From Candidatus Heimdallarchaeota archaeon (lineage in GTDB: Archaea > Asgardarchaeota > Heimdallarchaeia > Hodarchaeales > Hodarchaeaceae), in contig DXJL01000056.1 of assembly GCA_019057635.1 (NCBI GenBank), forward strand, positions 14,774 to 78,773: a stretch of DNA of 64,000 nt, in the 5' to 3' direction. Below are positions 60,002 through 64,000 of the stretch, piece after piece. The notes under the pieces were generated by a model. It saw only the letters and a program-made list of their open reading frames with translations, did no database searches and was not told the DNA's origin. Made by a program: the position numbers and the translations under genes. Positions within the stretch are counted from its first letter, which is position 1; every line of letters starts with the position of its first letter.

Positions 60002-60991
60002 ATGGATACTTCATGTAAAAAAGTTATTCTTGGTTTGTTTGTTCTAGACAAAATTATTACTTCAGAATCAGAAAGATCCTTTTCAATCAATGCTAAAAAC
60101 TCTGATCTATCGCTTGGGGGGCCTCCCACATTTATGTTGTTTATTTCTAACATTTTCAGGGAACTAATACCTGCTATGGAAGAACCTATTCTATTTGCAT
60201 ATATTTCTAAACAAACAAGGGAATTGCTGGATAATCTTTCGATCTTTGAGGAGAAAAATAGTCAATTAATTTCTCGTTATAAAAGCCCAAATTTCATACT
60301 AGATTACTCCCGACCATCTACTGAAAGGAACTTAATGCTTTTTGATCCTCCAGGTGAGTTCAATTGTAATCCATTTATATGGCAATTTGATAAGCCTCCT
60401 ATACTTATTATTAGTTCAGTTTACCAAGAATTTAATTCATACGAAATCTTCTCTTTCTTAAGAAATAAGGGTAGCTTCTTAGTTTTTGATCCTCAAGGAT
60501 GTTTCAGAAAGATTTCATCTGACGGGAAGATATTCTACTCTGAATGGTTTTCTCGTGAAATTTTATCACAAATCAATTGCATTAAACTTGCTGACAGCGA
60601 AGCTATACTCCTTGGGTTGGGAAATGACCTTGTAGATATTACTCAGCAACTATTAGCAATTGCTTCGAATTACGTGATTATTACTAAAGGGAGGAAGGGA
60701 GCACTGTTAGGAATAAAGAGTACTACTTTGGAAAAGATTAATATATTTTCCGTCCCATCGTATCCTGTAAATAATGTAATTAATGAAACTGGGGCGGGAG
60801 ATGTCTTTTTATACAGTTTTATAAGTTTTTTACAAATTCTTGAAGATGAATTGGAAGCAATCGCGTATGCTACAAGTTTAGCGTCCTTGCTAATTGAATA
60901 TGGCTTTGATAAAGAAAAATATATGTTGCACGAAATTAAATATCGACAGAAAGTGATCCGTTCTAGAATCAAAAATATTAGCCTTGATTAA
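60002..60991 (+). CDS. PfkB-family (ribokinase-like) carbohydrate/nucleoside kinase
   Basis: C-terminal 'ETGAGDVF' anion-hole motif and 'IITKGRKGAL'. The start was moved to the internal Met (MDTSCKKVILG...) because the upstream 33 codons look non-homologous. Confidence 0.55.
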   Translation: MDTSCKKVILGLFVLDKIITSESERSFSINAKNSDLSLGGPPTFMLFISNIFRELIPAMEEPILFAYISKQTRELLDNLSIFEEKNSQLISRYKSPNFILDYSRPSTERNLMLFDPPGEFNCNPFIWQFDKPPILIISSVYQEFNSYEIFSFLRNKGSFLVFDPQGCFRKISSDGKIFYSEWFSREILSQINCIKLADSEAILLGLGNDLVDITQQLLAIASNYVIITKGRKGALLGIKSTTLEKINIFSVPSYPVNNVINETGAGDVFLYSFISFLQILEDELEAIAYATSLASLLIEYGFDKEKYMLHEIKYRQKVIRSRIKNISLD

Positions 60992-61046
60992 ATAACGAAT
61001 AAGTAGAAATTTTCTATTCCATTACAATTACAGGAGACCTAAAATT

Positions 61047-61265
61047 TTAATCAACCTTTATATAAAGGATATTGTTTCCCCGAAGAAACGCTCGTCCATA
61101 TCGTTTAGTTATTTTTCCATCCTCCATTTCAGAACAGTTTTCTAAAATTAAGTTCATATATTGGTCTGTTATTTTTAATCGTCCCGTATAGGACTGATTA
61201 CTTTTCAATGTAACGGTGATTGTTTTGCCGACTGATTTTTCTAATGTTTGTAATGGATTGGACAT
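61047..61265 (-). CDS. Sm-like (LSm/SmAP) protein
   Basis: 72 aa with Sm1/Sm2 pattern 'KTITVTLKSNQSYTGRLKITDQYMNLIL...RGNNILYI'. Confidence 0.8.
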   Translation of the reverse strand: MSNPLQTLEKSVGKTITVTLKSNQSYTGRLKITDQYMNLILENCSEMEDGKITKRYGRAFLRGNNILYIKVD

Positions 61266-61364
61266 GTTACTGGTTCCTCAAAATTCGAATATAGTAAAAA
61301 TAAGATCAAATTCCTCTCATTTTGATAAATTCTAAAAATGTTTCTTCACCTATACTGAGGAAAA

Positions 61365-63569
61365 TCACTCTTCTTCTGAAAATGATTCTTGATAAAGAAT
61401 AGAATCAGGAAATTGATACATTGCGATATATTCTTCTTTAAAGTCATTTAATATATTTTCAAAACTAAATTCATCCACACGAGTGTTTCGTAAAGCGACT
61501 TTCTTCTTAATGAGCAAAGACATACGTTTTCGCCTCAATTTCTCCTGTAATTGCAGCTCCTGCTTCCTAATCTCCTCCTTGACTGATATATCGGTCAGAT
61601 AAAGCTCATTGTACACCCAAATTTCAAGCGGTGGATCAATAGAAGTCCGATCTCTATTGGCATACTCACTCAATGGTAGTTCAAGACAAGGAACACAATT
61701 CTCATTAAAAACTAGTAACGCTTGATCGGAAAATTTTGGACTTTCTTCTGGTATAATTACCCCTCTTATTCCAAAATCAATTAGCTTGAACGCCGTTTGT
61801 GCTCCTCCACCACTAGGGTCAAGCACTAATACAATATCACCCTCATGTAATCCATAATTGGTGTTAGTATCCCGAATCGATGAATCAGAAAAAGATTTTA
61901 GAGGCTTTAGAGGAAACTCATGACCTTGAACCCAAAAATTCTTAATTTCTTTTAATTGCTTTATTTCTAACTTGTTCTTTCTGATCGTCTGTCGAAATAA
62001 TTTATTTTCCTCTTTGATCTGGCCGACTTCTCTTTCAACGACATCAGTGACTTTTTTTCGAGTCTGTCTGGAATTTCTGACTTTGGTCTTCTCAAGTGAA
62101 GTACTTAATCGTTTTATTTTCCAACTCTGATCTCGTGATTGGTTCCGCCAATACTTTACTTCTTGGTCAAGTTTATCCATTTCCTCCGACATAATTTCAA
62201 ATTTGGTTTGCCATTGGATATTTTCATTTTTCAACGAAGTAATCAAATGCTTAAAATCGGTCTCTTTAATTTCTGTAACAAAAGAATCCTCTCTTCCATG
62301 TATTAAAGATATTGCATTGCTTATACTATATCCTGCAAGAACCAACCGCTGTATCTCAGAGAGATGGGAAATTAAAGATGGATGTGTTTCCTCTATTACT
62401 CTTTTAACTTTTTGAAACTGGGATTTGAGGAGATTATAGCCTTTAAGTGCTCCAAATAAAGCATCTCTTTCATGAGAGTTCAGATGACTATAATTCACAG
62501 TTAAGTCAGAATAATCTTGTAAATAGGATCGTTTTTGAGAAACAGTAGCAAGTACTGAAGGGGTTAATAATTTACCCCCCGTTATCTTTGCTACTCGTTC
62601 GACCATAGCCGGTGCGGGAATAACATCTGCAGCAACACAACTAACTTTTCCATATCTGGTAGAAATACGTATGATTTCTGAAATACCACATTCTCGTTTT
62701 GACCCCAAATAGAGGACATTTCCACGATTACAATCTAAAATAGCAATTCCTGTTGTTGTACCTGGGTCTAGTCCTAGAATAATATTTTTTAATGATTTTA
62801 CTGAAGGGGCCATAGCCACATCCAGTGGTTTAAAGTCTAAAGTGGCCCTAGTCACCCTCTGAACTATAACCTTCACTAAATCTGTATTTAGTTGTTTAGT
62901 TTTCATTTGAATTGATGCAATTAACTCGTTTTCTAATTGAATCAGATAAACACGCTTTTGTGGATATTTGAAAATGTCCCATTTCAGATTCTTCTCTTTG
63001 AGAACCGATTCTACTTCTTTTGCGGCCTGTTGGACTGCTACTCTACTAACACGTTCAAAACGAGGGGCTGACCAACCCCCTTTTCCAGGTGATTTCTTTC
63101 TTGTTATTCCAATCTTGATTTCTTCTTCGAAAGCCTCGACAATGTGGCCAACTTGTTTAACACACAATTTAGCAGCCACTTCAGCAGCTTCAATAGCTGA
63201 TAACTTTTGAGAGTTATAAGAAAAACTTAGATCTTTCCTGAGATTATGTTTCGTAATGAGATGCGATAATTTTTCCATCCCAGTACGGGGATTTCCAGTC
63301 ACTTGTACTAGTAGGGAGGTGGGAGGTATTAGTTCGAGTAATCTAATGATCCCTTGAGCATTTGGAGCTAACTCAAAGATATTGTCAATTGCGATGTAGT
63401 CTGGCTTAATATCCTGAATTTTCTTTAATAATTGTCGCTTGGTAATTTTGGTATGCTTCTCGAGATGATCAGTACTCATAATAACTAATGAATACACCCG
63501 CGACGTTTTCTTCCCTCTTTCCTTAAATGCTAAAACGTCTATACCAAAGATGATCAATGAACTCTTCAT
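61365..63569 (-). CDS. Large DUF460-like protein with RNase H-like (RuvC/YqgF-type) segments and central coiled coil
   Basis: 734 aa. 'IILGLDPGTTTGIAIL' (RuvC/YqgF-like start) and N-terminal 'IIFGIDV', with a long K/E-rich coiled coil. Confidence 0.45.
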   Translation of the reverse strand: MKSSLIIFGIDVLAFKERGKKTSRVYSLVIMSTDHLEKHTKITKRQLLKKIQDIKPDYIAIDNIFELAPNAQGIIRLLELIPPTSLLVQVTGNPRTGMEKLSHLITKHNLRKDLSFSYNSQKLSAIEAAEVAAKLCVKQVGHIVEAFEEEIKIGITRKKSPGKGGWSAPRFERVSRVAVQQAAKEVESVLKEKNLKWDIFKYPQKRVYLIQLENELIASIQMKTKQLNTDLVKVIVQRVTRATLDFKPLDVAMAPSVKSLKNIILGLDPGTTTGIAILDCNRGNVLYLGSKRECGISEIIRISTRYGKVSCVAADVIPAPAMVERVAKITGGKLLTPSVLATVSQKRSYLQDYSDLTVNYSHLNSHERDALFGALKGYNLLKSQFQKVKRVIEETHPSLISHLSEIQRLVLAGYSISNAISLIHGREDSFVTEIKETDFKHLITSLKNENIQWQTKFEIMSEEMDKLDQEVKYWRNQSRDQSWKIKRLSTSLEKTKVRNSRQTRKKVTDVVEREVGQIKEENKLFRQTIRKNKLEIKQLKEIKNFWVQGHEFPLKPLKSFSDSSIRDTNTNYGLHEGDIVLVLDPSGGGAQTAFKLIDFGIRGVIIPEESPKFSDQALLVFNENCVPCLELPLSEYANRDRTSIDPPLEIWVYNELYLTDISVKEEIRKQELQLQEKLRRKRMSLLIKKKVALRNTRVDEFSFENILNDFKEEYIAMYQFPDSILYQESFSEEE

Positions 63570-63596
63570 AATGAGTAAACCAATTTATCTGTGCTA

Positions 63597-64000
63597 TCAA
63601 TCCAATATTTGTATTATTTCTGACATGTCATAATGAATTTTCACTAGGAATTTTCTCTCAAAAAAATTTAAGATATTCTGACAATCACGAGTCAGAATTT
63701 CTTCTGCTTGAGATTCTTCTGTGCCCACAAACTGAGGCCAATCTATTAAAACAGGGAATTCATCTTCATTTAAACGAATATTATGTTCGCTTAAATCGCC
63801 ATGAATATATCCGTGCTGGACACACTTCTTAACTTCTTGAATGATGTTCTGGAAAAGGATGGCTATTTCCTCCTCAGAACCAAAATCACTCCTTCTTACT
63901 CGAAAGAGATCTTGTCCCTGGATAATTTTCATTGTTACTAGATGCCTATTCTGAGCTATTGGTTCTGGTACACTAACCCCTTTGGTATAAAGCGCTTTCA
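63597..64000 (-). CDS. rio: RIO-type serine kinase (C-terminal part; gene continues beyond window end)
   Basis: 'HGYIHGDLSEHNIRL' catalytic loop and 'LIDWPQFV' metal-binding loop. The frame stays open upstream of the listed Met to the window edge. Confidence 0.75.
   Translation of the reverse strand, partial: KALYTKGVSVPEPIAQNRHLVTMKIIQGQDLFRVRRSDFGSEEEIAILFQNIIQEVKKCVQHGYIHGDLSEHNIRLNEDEFPVLIDWPQFVGTEESQAEEILTRDCQNILNFFERKFLVKIHYDMSEIIQILD

Noticed and set aside
1-64000. CRISPR arrays, transposases, integrases and prophage genes
   Set aside because: I found no direct-repeat/spacer periodicity, inverted terminal repeats, or DDE/tyrosine-recombinase-like ORFs. The window looks like core chromosome.

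Overview
This is an AT-rich archaeal chromosomal window and looks Asgard-like (Lokiarchaeia-type). Archaeal identity is supported by the translation and information-processing genes: aIF2-gamma, aIF5B, aEF-2, MetRS, SRP19, Trm1, RlmE, and ribosomal proteins S6e, S19e, S26e, S30e and L44e. The Asgard assignment rests on a dense set of eukaryote-signature genes. The first ~16 kb reads as one ESCRT–ubiquitin–small-GTPase supercluster. It contains ESCRT-III (Snf7-family), an ESCRT-II EAP30-like winged-helix protein, and a cross-brace zinc-finger protein of unknown function. It also has ESCRT-I Vps28-like and Vps23/TSG101-like UEV proteins, a Rab-like GTPase with an N-terminal extension, a PAP2 phosphatase and a zinc-ribbon–Yip1 membrane protein. 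The ubiquitin part has an E1-like enzyme with a C-terminal extension, a ubiquitin encoded as a GG-IVR precursor, a KaiC-like ATPase, an Arf-like GTPase, a small RING-like protein and an E2 with HVN in place of HPN. Elsewhere there are an Elf1 homolog, Roadblock/LC7, Sm-like, RPA, a RIO kinase (partial at the window end), a GPN-loop GTPase and a Sec11-type signal peptidase. Metabolic genes include a GlcD/GlcF-like FAD/Fe-S oxidoreductase trio, a tungsten-type AOR, a DeoC with a Cys-rich tail, an SDR and BirA. Four tRNAs are present: Met-CAT with an intron and initiator-like features, Thr-TGT, Arg-TCG and a Pro-TGG candidate with a non-canonical intron. I found no CRISPR array, transposase or integrase. 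The ORF track evidently counts TTG and GTG as starts (e.g. the MetRS ORF begins with TTG), so several N-termini are uncertain. All product calls come from motif and pattern recognition in the translated ORFs, not from database searches.
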